A stretch of DNA of 64,000 nt from positions 16,244,001 through 16,308,000 of the forward strand of contig OZ193909.1 in the NCBI GenBank assembly GCA_964276515.1, given 5' to 3'. Under the pieces are notes generated by a model. That model did no database searches. It saw only the letters and a list, made by a program, of their open reading frames with translations, and had not been told where the DNA came from. Source of the DNA: Gordius albopunctatus. Lineage: Eukaryota. The position numbers and the translations under genes were made by a program. Below, one piece after another: positions 23,431 to 36,818 of this stretch. Position 1 is the stretch's first letter; every line of letters starts with the position of its first letter.

Positions 23431-24740
23431 TGCGTATAACGGTCTGGAAGAAAGGTACGTACGATTAATTAAAGAAGCCATTATTAGGAACGAGTTGGAA
23501 GTAGGGCTAAGTAGTTTTTTTGGTAAACTACAGATCTACAAAACACCCCACAAACAATAAAAGCCCAGCTGAGGTGATGCTAAAAAGGCGTATGCGAACC
23601 GAATGGGAGGTATTTAGGGAAACCGTACGGGGTAGATACCGGGAACCCGCGAATGTTCAACGTAGGAGACTTTGTTTGGGTACGCATGTTTTTGGGTCCA
23701 AGCAAATGGTTAGAAAGCACGATAAAAGCCACCATGGTAGTCGTTCCTACGATGTATGGGCACAGGGAAGAAGGCACCACCGACACGTGGATCAAGTAAG
23801 GAAACGGAAAATCTTGTATTGGACCACTCTGGGACAAGAAATGGAATTCGCGAAGCGTCATGGAGCGCTACATAGTGAATTTTGTCGAGGACAAGGCCCC
23901 AAAAGAGCCGCTTGTAACCAATAGACACTTCAAAGATAGGGTGCGACGGGTGACGGTGCAGAAGGGGGCATTTATCCACCAAGCTACTGGGATAACGCCT
24001 GCAGAAGGAAGGTGGGGGCGGAAAATTCGAACCAAGTGGGAGGTGTTACGGCAAATCGAACCGCAACAGGAGACGGGGAGCGGAAAATCGCGCACGTACG
24101 ACGTCGGAAACCGAGTGTAGGTGCGTATGTTTCTTGGGCCCGATAAATGGGTGGAGGGCACCGTTATTTCCAAGCGCGGGGCGAGCTCGTTCGATATTAG
24201 GGCCCGAGGGAAAAGCCATCATCGGCATTTGGACCAGGTGAGACCAAGGAAAATATTGGACTGGAGATTGGTCGGACATGAAAATGGATGGCCGGACCGG
24301 AATATACCCGCGCGATCGAGTCCCATGGCAAACGAGCCAATAGATGCAAGACCCTTACCAACGACGTCCAATCAAGGTGCCCTGCCAATGATTACCAATG
24401 ACTATACCGCTATAGAAGCGGAGGAACACAATGCCCTTCCCATGGCTCCGGAGCTTAGCAACGCCCCGCCTGAGGGTAGATACCCGCGCCGGGTACGACA
24501 GTCCCCAAGCTACCTAAAACATTATCTTTTTGAAAAGACGAGAAGTGTAGAGGATAACTGACGATGTATAATGTACGCTTAAGTTCTATTTTGCTTGTGG
24601 AGCAAAAAGATATAGAACGCGTGTTATTCTTTTCCGATCGCGTGTTTTTATTATTTATCGCGTTTTTGTGTTTCTTCGCGTGCGTGTTCCTTGTAAAGTG
24701 AATTAATTTCCAATAAAGTCAGATCGAATAGATCTAAAAC
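23430..24740 (+). mobile_element. Gypsy integrase C-terminal remnant with PPT and probable 3' LTR
   Basis: NGL.ERYVR motif, two diverged copies of the YR.T.H..T..SPAE....R..RT.W segment, RYPRRVRQSPSYL tail, GAAAAGACGAGAAG|TGTAGAG at 24546. Confidence 0.75.
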
Positions 24741-25368
24741 TATATAAATATATATATCTATTAATTATTTCCTTAAACGTAGCCAAGAAATGGAGTCGGG
24801 CTAATATATAATTTGGGTGTGGTAGCATTCGCCATTTACAAAATCTAATAAAAAATAACAAGATAATATATTATGAACTTAATTAAATTATGCCCAAATT
24901 GCCCAAATCTTATCAGCGTGACCGCCCGAAGATTAAAATTTAAGACAGTTTTCCGGGCCGGGCATTATTGGCCTCTGCTGTGCAGTAGCGGCAGCCTATC
25001 TAGTCTATGTATGAATAAAGCTAAACCTTACTTTTATTTAGGCCCGGTTTGTACCCGTGGTTATTAACGTTATTATTGAACAGGTTCAAGCCTACCTTTA
25101 ATATTTTTTACGGCGGTTTATAAATATATTTAATATTAAATTTTAGATAACACATTGTTTAGTGTACAGATTTAATATTTTCAGATAATAAAAATATATC
25201 AAATAGGCACATTATAAAATTTTGGATAGGATGGAATCAAAAATGAAGATAGCTAATCTAGCCCCAAAATTAGGATTGTGTAACATATGCGTATTTTTAT
25301 TCTGATATCAAATCAAATTTTGCGATTTCTATCAAATTTAATTAAGTAATTATTATTAGAATGCGTTA

Positions 25369-28300
25369 ATGGTCATCCCAATAAGATTCGAGCTTTCAAT
25401 GCGCCACCTCTCTGTTAAATGTGAACTTAGTGATGCCACTTTATCGGAACATAATTCTAATGAACAAAAATCTAAATACTTTAAAAATGTTTCCATATGC
25501 AAATTAGATAATACTATTGACAATTTTCATACTTTGATAAAGTCTGAGAATACTCTCCCTGTTTTAAGTGATAATTTAAAATTAAACAACAACTAAATTA
25601 AGGGGCTAGATGGGCTATAATTCATAAGAAACTAAGAGAAATGCGGGATGTTAAAGATGCACCAGTTGATTCAATGGGTGCCCAATGCCTATATGATGTT
25701 GAAGCTCATCCTAAAGTTAGCCTTAAATTGAAACATTTATCCAATAATATTATAGGTTAAAAGATTTCACATATTGGTATCATTGATGTTGTCTAGTCAA
25801 ACAAAAGATCATATCACAGCTAAAGCTATTAAAAACCTGCAAGAAATAAATTTGACTGTTGAAAATATATCTAAAATGGATGAATATGTTCTTCAAAGCC
25901 TTATATATCCTGTAGGATTTTATAAGGTTAGATGTTTGTAATCTAAAAAATGCTTTTTTAGCATTTTGTTGGATAAACCTTTTTAATTTATTTTTAAAAT
26001 ATAATTAAAATATTAAGATTTTTAGAATGTTACATAAACTTTATTAAATAACTTTTATTGTAATAAAGTAAATTCATGTGATAACTTAGAATTTCAACTA
26101 AATACATCTATAAACATGCTTAATACATAGTATCATAGAAATGATTATTAAATCCCATTCCTCAGTTTTTTTGTTCTTTAATTTTTAGACTTTTATAATT
26201 AAAATCAATAAACAAGTATTTATATTTTAAAATAGCCAACCTTGTGTTTAAATGCTCCTTTCTATGTTACAATAAATGTAAATGTTTAACAATAAAAGTT
26301 ATAAATTTTTTTAATATTACGATCAGGCATGTGGTTAAACAATTTATAATTAAAAATAAAAATTAAACAACCAAAAAGTTGGGCCCTATCGGCATAGGGA
26401 CTGGGTGGACAAACATAGTAAATTTAGATTTTTAAGTAGGCTTGGTTATGCACCATGACAATGAGATTTTTTTTATATAATTCACTATTTTTGTCACTTT
26501 TTTTAATTTTGAGAATTAAATCAATTTTTTTTGATGATATGATAAAATTAATGCTTTAAACTTAAAATCATCATTTTGAGCCCAGCAGTTTGGACAGAAT
26601 TAGTGAATTGGGCATTTGAAGGGTTTGGACAGGCCTGGCGGGCTGTTTATTATCAAACTGTGATGGGTTCTGGCAAAAAAAAATTACACAAATATGATCA
26701 ATGATTAAGGTATTAAATCTGTGTATAAAGAATGTGGAACATTATAATAAATAGTCTTGTGATTTTTCATTTGCCCAGCAACTATCATTTTGAGATTTCA
26801 CTTGAAACAGGGACATTATCTATGATTTGTTAATATTGCCAATTCATTCTATCAATGTCTTGACATCCTATTTTCTGAGTATGGAAAAACTATGATCATT
26901 GATGCATGTGGTGTTGGGTAGACAAAAAAGTGTGGTTAGAGCTTTTTCTTTTTGTGAAAATTTATTTTAAAAATAAAAAGTAAATATATAAGCTTTTACA
27001 GTATTTATAAGTATCTTAGTATTCTATCCGACTACAAATACTTTGAATTAATTTAATATTTTTTTAACATAAATTTGTATTTATTTAAATGGTATAAAAA
27101 AATTTTTGCTAAAGGGTTGCCCTTGGTTACGCCATTGATCTAAATCATTATTTATAACTATAGGTGAGACGTTTTCTTCTACATCATTGGACAATTTAAG
27201 TATCTAGATATTATTTATCAGTTGGTTTAAAAATATTGTATATATAGGATAGGATAGATAATCATAAATAATTTTTATTTTGATAGCCAAGGCTTAATTA
27301 GGTTTAAATTTGCATATGTTTTGTTTATATATGCTCAAGTAAATAATAAACCATAATATTTATAATATAAAATTGAAATATATATGAAATTAATTACTAT
27401 ATTAAACATAATCTCCTAGTTAGCTGCTTACTAGTAATGGGAGGGTTTGGTGTTTTCACGGGGAAAAAATGTTCCGTTAAGTTTCTTTTCATAGCAATTT
27501 GCACAAGGATATTCAGAATATTATAATGGTGGGGTATAAGCTTCTTTCTTGAAAATTCAATTAAAATGAAATATATATCAGAGGTCAGATTTGTTGGGAA
27601 TTTTCTTCCCGAACCCGGCCCGACTAAATTTTTTACCTTCATTGCCCGCCCGAACCCATCTAAGTGTCCTCCGGGGCCCGCCCGAATTGTTAAAGCTGCC
27701 CGAATTGCCCGGCCCGAAATATTAAATTTTCCCGTTAGTCCCGAATTTATGAGGTCCCAAAAAGAGGTCGGAGTAGTTTAAATTTTTCTGCCCGAACCCG
27801 GTCCGGTCCAATTTTAACTAAATTGCCCACCTGAACCCTTCTAAGTGTCGGCTCAGCCATACCCAAACCATTAGAGCTGCCCGCCCTGATTAATAAAATT
27901 TTCCCGGTAAACCCGAAATTATTTAATCCCAAAATCTTTAGCCACTATTACAAAATAAGCAATGGCATATTGATCCAAACAAAGATGACAATATTTTATT
28001 ATTCATATTGTCGACAATTTCCGGGGATAATCTTGTGCGTCTTTCCTCTATTAATCTTCCTGCGATAGAAAAACTTCTTTCACTAGCAGCACTCGTCGCC
28101 GGGATGGCAAAGAGTATTTTTTTTAAACCTTGCTAAATTAGGATACCTAAAATAGTTATAATTTTTAATAACTTTAATGTGACTTGTTTGCTTTATTTTT
28201 CTATCTTGTTTTTTTAGTTGTTAAGAAATTAAATGAATTAAAATTATGCGCATTGTTAGAAAATGGCATGAGCCTTTGTTTTAAGTCTAGACGGCAAACA

Positions 28301-29754
28301 TGTGTAGTGTATTACGAACAATGAAATGGCTTTGGCTACTACACAAATATAAATAATCCAATCCTTTCCATAATGGAGTAGGGCAAAGATTTAACTGAAT
28401 GCGCGTAAAATGTAGTAAAATAATTTACTACCAGAGAGTAAAATGGTTTCTTCCATAGTATTAGATTAGAGTAGCAGTTTACATGGGCGTAGCCAGCATT
28501 AAAATTAGAGGGGGGCAATAATGATTTAGGGAGGGGCAAAATGATCATTTTTTTAAAATTTAGTCATAATTTTAATACATTTTAACAAATTTTTGAGTTT
28601 AGAGGGGGGCAGCTGCCCCTTCCACAAACCAGTTAAACTAATTTATTCGAAATAAAATTTAATTTTGAAGAAATTGAAATAAGGACATTATATAAATGTA
28701 CAATGAAGATTTAAGCGATGGAAAAAAATCTAGTCAAATTTATTATGGCCCAAAATTGTTTATAAGCGAATTTTTCTTTTTTCAAGGAAAATTAATTTGA
28801 TAAAATTTTGGGCATGCCCGAATTGCCCGAATCTTATCAGCGTGCCCGCCCGGGCCCGCCCGAAAATTAAAATTTACGGGCCGGGCATTTCTGGTCTCTG
28901 ATATATATATTATCTTTTCAGGTGTTTATAAGTGTCTTAAGATCTTTTACCTCCTTGGCTACGCGCCTGATTACATGAGATTAATTTAACAGTTTGTATA
29001 AATATATATATTTTATATTTAGAGGAAGGCAAAATATCTAAAAGAAACAGCCCAAATATTAATAGATAAATATGAAGGTGACATACCAAAAACATTAGAG
29101 GAACTTTGTCAACTTCCTGGAATTGGACACAAAATGGCATTTTTAGCACTCGATATAGCTTGGGACAAGGTTGAGGGCATAGCAGTTGATACCCATGTGC
29201 ATCGTATTAGTAATCGGTATGATATTTTTTAGTTTTACATGTTTGCACATAAAAAATACTTAATTTCCTTCTACTTGGTTGTGTTATAAAGATATTATTA
29301 TCAAAAAGTTTAAATTAAGTATTATTAAATGTCTTTATGGTTGTCTTGATATTATTAATTATAATTAAAGACTTATTTTAATGCAACAAGAATTATCTAA
29401 GTATCATTATTAAAATTTGACTTTAGTAGAAATTAGGCAAAAATGTGAAAATCTTCTTATACAAATTAATAACCTATGTTAAATTATTTGAAAGACTTGA
29501 AATTGTTAAAGAACCAACAAAAACACCCAAAAAAACGCGACTAGCTTTGGAATCTTGGCTCCCGAGGTAATGCTTCAATTTATTTTTCTAATACAATAAT
29601 TTTTTTTAGAGAATATTGGAGGGAAATTAATTATCTGTTAGTTGGATTTGGTCAACAAATATGTCTCCCAGTAAAACCCAAATGTCACTCATGTCTCCTG
29701 CAACCACTTTGTCCATACTTTAAGGATAAAAACACGATTAGCGAAAATGTTTAA
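25369..29754 (+). CDS. NTHL1: Endonuclease III-like DNA glycosylase/AP lyase (multi-exon; 5' start uncertain)
   Basis: Exons at about 25602-25715 (DAPVDSMG), 25756-25926 ([12 protein letters not shown]...IYPVGFYK), 29023-29216 (Hh[23 protein letters not shown]), 29495-29566 and 29610-29754 ([10 protein letters not shown], 4Fe-4S C-X6-C-X2-C-X5-C). GT-AG introns in consistent phase. Confidence 0.95.
27579..28900 (-). mobile_element. Non-autonomous hAT derivative in the NTHL1 intron
   Basis: TIR CAGAGGTCAG/CTGGTCTCTG, TSD ATATATAT, CCCGAA/GCCCG repeats, remnant [24 protein letters not shown] at about 28030-28112. A MITE fragment is nested at 28482-28620. Confidence 0.85.
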
Positions 29755-32700
29755 CAATATTTTATTTGCACATTCTTTATTCGAAACAAAAATACACCAT
29801 CATTTTATCATTAATTTTTGCTAAATTAACTATATTATATTCAACTTATTCGTCATTTCCTAATAAACCATTTTCTATTACATATTTTTAAATGGTTCCG
29901 ATATAGAGAAATTTTAAGCAGATAGACGCGATGGCATTTCTAATAATATTTGGTGAAGAATTTTTAATATTTGATATGTATTACTTTTTACTCTATAAAC
30001 TTAAATTTATAATCGGGGCAGAAATGAAACCCAATTTTTTTATTTTAATAGTCAAAAATTAATTTGGATCCGTAAAACGACCTTGCTGCAATTACAGAAG
30101 GATCATTAATTTGTAAGCTTAGGTAAAGAATATTGGTAACAAGGTTTATGAACAATTGACCTATCAGCTAACCTATAGGAACGTGTGACCAGCGAATCCA
30201 CAATGGACCCCATCTAACGATAAATATATGGATAATTATGAGTGAAATAAATTTATAAATGTTATTTTAATCTTGAAGATGGCTTGGGGTGCTTTATTTG
30301 ATATGGCTTAAAAAGCAAAATATTACTAATGCACGATAGTGGAGTATTTTTAAACCCTTTACGATCGAGGGTGGAGTCGCTTTATGGAGGAGACATTTTC
30401 TTCTTCTTTCTATGACTGCTTGTCACCTAGGATGGTGGTCAGTCCTTTCAGCATTCGTTTCCATTTTTTTCTATTTTTACATAGATCTTTCTTTATCTTG
30501 TGGACTTTCATATCATGTCGTATTTTATGAATCCAGGTTAGCTTGGGTCTTCCTCTTCTTCGTTTTCCTGCGAAATTTATCATCTCGATTTTCTTTCCTA
30601 CGTAGCTATCGTCCCTTCTTTTTACATGGCCATACCATCTTAGTCTATTTGTTAGGAGCTTTGTCGCAATTGATGTAGTACCCAAAATTCTTCTTATTTC
30701 TTCATTTCGCCTATGGTCCATTTTGCTTACTCCTAGCACCCATCTTAGCATTCTCATCTCCATGGCTGCAAGACGTTGCTCTTCTCTTTTACGTATAGCC
30801 CATGATTCCGAGATATACAGGACTGTTGGCTGTATGATGGATTTATACAATGCGCCTTTTAGTTTTCTCGGGATGTTTTTGTCCCACAGAACACCTGTCA
30901 GGTCCCTCCACTTGAGCCATCCGGAATTTATCCTTGCTTGGATTTCTTTATCCATTCCACCATCCGATTGAAGTGTTGATCCTAAATATTTGAAGAAATC
31001 CGCGCTTGTAAGTTGCCAATCGCCTAAACTAAGGGATGCACTTTGCTGGTTTTCATCCGATTTAAACTTTGTCTTCATGTATTCTGTTTTCTTTCTATTT
31101 ACCCTGAGACCACTTTCTTCTTTGCATTTACCCATCTATTTACAGTGTTAGCCAATTCTTGTTCGCTTTTGGCACAGAGGATTATATCGTCTGCAAAGAT
31201 CATTGCCCAAGGAGCTTCCTCGCCCAAATCCTTGGTAATATTATCCATTATCATTATGAATAGGAAGGGACCAAGAGCTGAACCTTGATGAACTCCAATG
31301 TTGATGGCAAAGCCTTTTGTAGTCCCCACCGTTGTTCTAACGTACGTTCTATTTCCCTCGTACATATCTTTTATTGCTCTGACGTATACTTGTGGCACAT
31401 TGTTTTCTTCAAGACATTTCCAAACTAAATTACGAGGAACTTTATCAAAAGCTTTTTCAAGATCGATGAAACACATGTGAAAATCCTCTTCCCTTTCTTT
31501 AAACCGTTCCATTAATCTTCTAACACTGTTTAGGGCGTCTGCTGTAGACCTCTCCGGCATAAATCCGAATTGGTTATCTCGAATTTGAACCAAACTCCGA
31601 AGCCGTTTTTCAATCACTTTCTCCCACACCTTGAAAGTGTGGCTCATAAGCTTTATCCCTCCGTAATTGTTTCAATCCTGAATGTCCCCTTTCATCTTGT
31701 ATATCGGGATCATGTAGCTATGCTATCCCTCCACTCGTTAGGCATTACACCCGTTTTAAAGATATTGTTGAAAAGGTTGGCGAGGAATTGTGCACCAGTA
31801 TTCCCTAACGCTTTGAAGCCTTCTATCGGTATATTGTCGGGTCCAAGAGCTTTTCCTGACTTTAGTTTACTCATAGAAACTTTCACTTCCGTTTTCGTGA
31901 TCCAGTCCGCTGTGTTTAATTCTCCTATTGTATTTTCCTGGTTAGTGTCTTCGACTACAGGCCCTTTTTCAATTGATAAGTCGCTATAATAGTCCTACCA
32001 TCTTTGTAGTATATGGCTGTCGTGTGTTATTATTTCTCCCTTTTGACCCTTAATTAGCCGGCATTCTAGGTAATATTTAGAATTTCGGGCCCTTGACTTT
32101 GCGATTTTGTAGATCAATCTTTCTATTTCCTTTGAGTTTAGTTTTACATTTATATCGTCGTACACCTTGTTTTTAGCTTTGGCTACGAATATTTTAGCCG
32201 ATCTTTTAGCTACTTTGTAAGCTTGCTTATCATTACTATCCTTACTTTTATACCAAACTTTGTACAATCTCTTCTTTTCCCTGATACATTTTTGCACTTC
32301 TCGATTCCACCACCACGTTTCCTCGAGAATTCTTTTAGTGGGCTTGCTTTCACCTAGTATTTGTCGTCCCGCTTTTCGCATTGTGGCAGCTATACCATTC
32401 CATTGATCCTCACATCAAGTATTTCCCCTAAATTCAGCAAGTTTAATTACTTTTTCCTGAAACTGTTGAATATTATCCTTTAGTTTCCTCCATTGTATAG
32501 CAGCGGCTACTCTTTGAACTTTTTGCCATTTAAGGCCCTTTAATATAAAGTCCATCACCAACAGTTTGTGTTGGCAGGCCAATATTTCACTCGGTATTAC
32601 CTTAACATTTTGAACATACTTTAAGTGCGCTCTGTTGACTAGAAAGAAATCTATCTGAGTGGTTTGGCTGCCGCCTTTGTACGTTATAAGATGTCCCTGT

Positions 32701-33194
32701 CTCTTTTTAAAGAAGGTATTTCCTATTGCTAGGTCAAAAGCTTTAGCAATTTCTAGAATTTCCGTACCTCCTTCATTTCTTAGGCCGTAACCCCGACCAC
32801 CGTGATTTCTTTCAAATCCTCCCCTTGATTCGCCCACGTGTCCATTAAGGTCCGCTCCGATAATTATTAGTCCCTCTTTACCGAATTGGGATAGAACATC
32901 TTCAAGCTCCTTCCAAAAACACTCTTTATCGGTCTGAGAGAATCCACTTTGAGGGGCGTATGCTGATATAAAGTTTATCATAGTAGATTTATAACAAAGT
33001 TGTATCGCCATAATTCTGTCATTGATTCTCTTAACGTCGGCGACAGTTTGCTGAAATTCTTCCGATAGCACTATACCGACGCCATTCCGGTGAGTTTCTG
33101 TACCGTAAAAATATAATTTGTATCCGTCCCCTATGTATTTTGCTTTTTGGCCCTTCCATTTGGTCTCTTGTATACACGCGATATCGATTTTTCT

Positions 33195-36100
33195 TTTTTT
33201 TTGTTAAAAAGTTTATTTTCAAGAAACAAAGTTACATTAATAAGCGAAATACAAGAATAAAGACATATTGGTTAAATACAAAGATCTATATCATTCTCTT
33301 CTAAAATGGGCCATGAGTCGGCAAAGGATTTAAAGTTGTATCGTGCAACAAGAATCCCTAGTTGTTTCCTGAGTAAAAAGGACGCAGAAATTTTAGATTT
33401 TGGGGTGCGTTTTCCGATTTCTTTAAAAAACCCATTGCCTGTTTGCCAAAGGAACCGGAGCACGTGGCAACGACAGGGATAAAAATAATGGATGCCAAAA
33501 GGGCAGAATACTTTGTAGTTTTACGCCCTTCTTCTGTAGCGATAGGGTCGTAATTAAAATGGGAAGGTGCAAAAAGGTCAATACAAGTAAAATCCCATTT
33601 GAGGGATAGGCCATTTTGCCAGGGGACTAGAGAAGAGCCGTCAGGGCGCATCCTACCTTTAAGGGAGGGATCGGACGGCTCAAGGATTGAGGGGACTTCG
33701 GCCTTTTTAAGGGCAGCTTGAATTAATAAATTAGCTTTAGTGTGCCTAACGTATTTATATTTGTTTGCTAGGCAGTGTAGAGGGTGCCTAGCATATTCGT
33801 CTACAACGGTAAGGCAGTTTTGACAGTTGAATTCTCTGCTGTAACTAATCCCCAACCTTAAAGCTATGGAATATGATAGCTCAAAGTTTTCAAGCAGCAT
33901 TCCCAAAAGTTTGCTGGGATAGGCTTCAAGCCACTCGTGACCGGAACCGTCAAAAGTGAGGGACCTAAGGTTGTAATGCTGGCTATCATCGCTGCTCGAT
34001 AAGAGGTAATCAACGGAGCGCGATACTAGTCCAGAATCCCAATCCTTTTGTCTCGTACTTTGAGGTTGGATGGTCTCGGGTGTGACATTCAAATTCCAAA
34101 GCTCCAAAGCTTGAGTTAGCAGGGGGTCGGAATCATGTTTTATGAGATTAAAAATTAAGTTTTGGACCGACTTAAAAGAGGAAATAAAAGCGGCTAGCGA
34201 TATGCTGCCGGGAGGGCGAATTCCTAATCCTCCAGATTTGGTTGGGAGGGATGCTTGAATCCAATTGTTAGTATTAAATTTAAAATTTTTAATTGCTATG
34301 CAATTTATGGGCTCGTTTTTGGTTGTCCGTCCGTCCGTCCGTCCGTCCGTCCACCAAGTTATTTACACCAGCTTCCCGACCTGGAGGTTGCGGGTTCGAG
34401 ACCCGGAGAGGACAAAAATTTTTTTTTTTTTAAATTAAATTAATATTTTTTTCTTGTTAATACCATTGATAATATGACTTTTTGACCGTCCGCAGGCTAC
34501 TGACCAATGAAAAAATGACCACTGGCCAGATAAATCGAAATTTTTATATTTTCGTTTTTGAATAGTTTAACATTGATAATTACCCTATGCCCTCCCCTAC
34601 AAAGGCCTATGGCTCTATTTATATGGTTCCCTGTTCCCCTCCAAAGGCTTATGCCTCTATTTAATGTGGGTTTGAATCCCGGCGAACGTTCTAAATTGAT
34701 GGTTCGAGACCTGGAGAGGACAAAAATTTTTATTTTTTTTTAAATTAAATTAATATATTGTTCTTGTTAATACCATTGATAATATGAATTTTTGACCGTC
34801 CGCAGGCTACTGACCAATGAAAAAATGACCACTTGCCAGATAAATCGAAATTTTTAATTTTTCGTTTTTGAATAGTTTAACATGGATAATTACCCTATGC
34901 CCTCCCCTACAAGGGCCTATGGCTCTATTTATATGGTTCCCTGTTCCCCTCCAAAGGCTTATGCCTCTATTTAATGTGGGTTCGAATCCCGGAGAGGGCA
35001 AAATTTTTATTTTTTGAATTAATTTAATATTTTGTTCTTGTTAATACCATTGATAATATGACTTTTTGACCGTCCGCTGGCTACTGACCAATGAAAAAAT
35101 GAACATTGGCCAAATAAATCCTAATTTTTCGTTTTTCCTTTTTGAATAAGTTAACATTGATAATTGAAAAAAATTACCATTGGCCAAATAAATCAAAATT
35201 TTTTGTTCGTTTTTGAATAGGTTAACATTGATAATTACCCTATACTTTTTAATAATTGCTATGCAATTTATCTAGTTTTTGGGTTAGAATCCCGGAGTTT
35301 TTTTTGACTCTTATGATTGTTCTTGTTACTATCAATGATAATAAGACTTTTTGGCCGTCCGCTGGCTGCTGACCAATGAAAAAAATGACCATTGGCCAAA
35401 ATGTGTATCCGAGTTTATTTTTTCGTTTTTTTTGAATATTATGATTGTTCCTGTTCCTACCATTGCTATTATGACTTTTTGGCCGTCCGCTGGCTGCTGA
35501 CCAATGGAATAAAATGACCATTGGCCAAAATGTGATTCGAAAATTTTTTTTTCGTTTTTTTTTACTATTATGAATTTATATCCACTTTTACCGTGTCCTG
35601 GCTGCTGACCAATGGAAAAAAATGACCATTGGCCAAAATGTGAATCGAAATTATTTTTTCCGTTTTTTTTTACTATTATGATTTTTCCTGTTCCTACCAT
35701 TGCTATTATGACTTTTTGGCCGTCCGCTGGCTGCTGACCAATGGAATAAAATAACCATTGGCCAAAATGTGATTCGAAAACTTTTTTTTCGTTTTTTTTG
35801 ACTATTATGAATTTATATCCACTTTTACCGTGTCCTGGCTGCTGACCAATGGAAAAAAATGACCTTTGGCCAAAATGTGATTCGAAAATTTTTTTTTCGT
35901 TTTTTTTTGACTATTATGATTGTTCCTGTTCCTACCATTACTATTATGACTTTTTGGTAATAAAACTCCCGTAGAATTTAACTAACCATAAAGCTTCCCC
36001 TTCGCTCCCTCTCTCCCCCTTTATGATATTTGGCATATACACTTATTTAGTGCTTCCAACCTTCGTTTTGCAATATTCACGTAAGTATTTCCATAAATTG

Positions 36101-36818
36101 CATAGCAAATATGATACATTTATACGGAGTGTAGATGAGTTCCCCCTTCCTTCCCCTCCTACCCTTCCCCCTTCCCTCCCCTTCCCCCTTCCCACGAGGG
36201 CCGAAGACCCGAGTTTTTCTAATAACGTTTTAGAAAGCCTTCGTACGACTTTAAAACGTCTGGTTGTAAAAATGCGCCAGATGAGCGAAAACAATGATTA
36301 ATCTTTGAGATGTTAAAATAGTTTTTGATTACGTAAAATGAGTGATGCGCTGGCAAGCATTTTAAAAGTTCCGTTTTAGATTTTAAAATTTCAAGGTTCT
36401 TATGAAGAAAATTTAAGAGAGATTTTTCACCGCCAATGGGTGATCCCAAAAGAGATATGTTTTCTTTCTCTAAAACTAAAAAAGGTTTAAAAATTGGAAA
36501 GTCAATACTTTTGGACCCCTGAAAGATTTCACATTTTTTCGAGTTTAATGTAAGATTCAGAGTGGGTTTAAAATTGTTGATAATTTGTATAGCTTTACTG
36601 ATCTCCTCCGGGCGGCCACATAGGGTGGCGTCGTCGAGATACCAAACATTTAAATCCAGGATACACTGAGATGATATAGCCTCGACTAAATTATAAATGG
36701 CTAAACAAAACAAAGGAGGGCCTAATGGATCTCCTTGTTGGATGCCTTCGGACGAGTCAATGACGTATTCGCCGAATTGAAGCTTGGTTGTAGAACCATA
36801 GCTTAATAAAATGTATTT
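33195..36818 (-). mobile_element. 5'-truncated CRE-like (RLE-encoding) non-LTR retrotransposon inserted into the RTE
   Basis: RT motifs GIQQGDPLGP and WYLDD, LP...GGLGIR, CCHC knuckle, RH, RPDG...WDFT..D...E..K RLE. Short poly(A) and 7-bp TSD AGAAAAA that restores RTE RRRKIDI. Confidence 0.88.
34291..36213 (+). mobile_element. Helentron/DINE-like composite element inserted in the CRE-like LINE
   Basis: T-run flanks, 5' subTIR, (GTCC)n, ~300-bp and ~122-bp internal tandem repeats, inverted subTIR at about 36091, terminal hairpin at about 36198-36210. Confidence 0.85.

Noticed and set aside
34375..34412. Possible tRNA gene
   Set aside because: Only a T-arm/B-box-like part is present; no acceptor stem or D-arm could be built.
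35249..35950. Regularly spaced repeats resembling a CRISPR array, and repetitive ORFs (also 48384-48958 and 61900-63900)
   Set aside because: The spacers are themselves repeated, the context is eukaryotic, and there are no cas genes. These are internal tandem repeats of a Helentron-like element.
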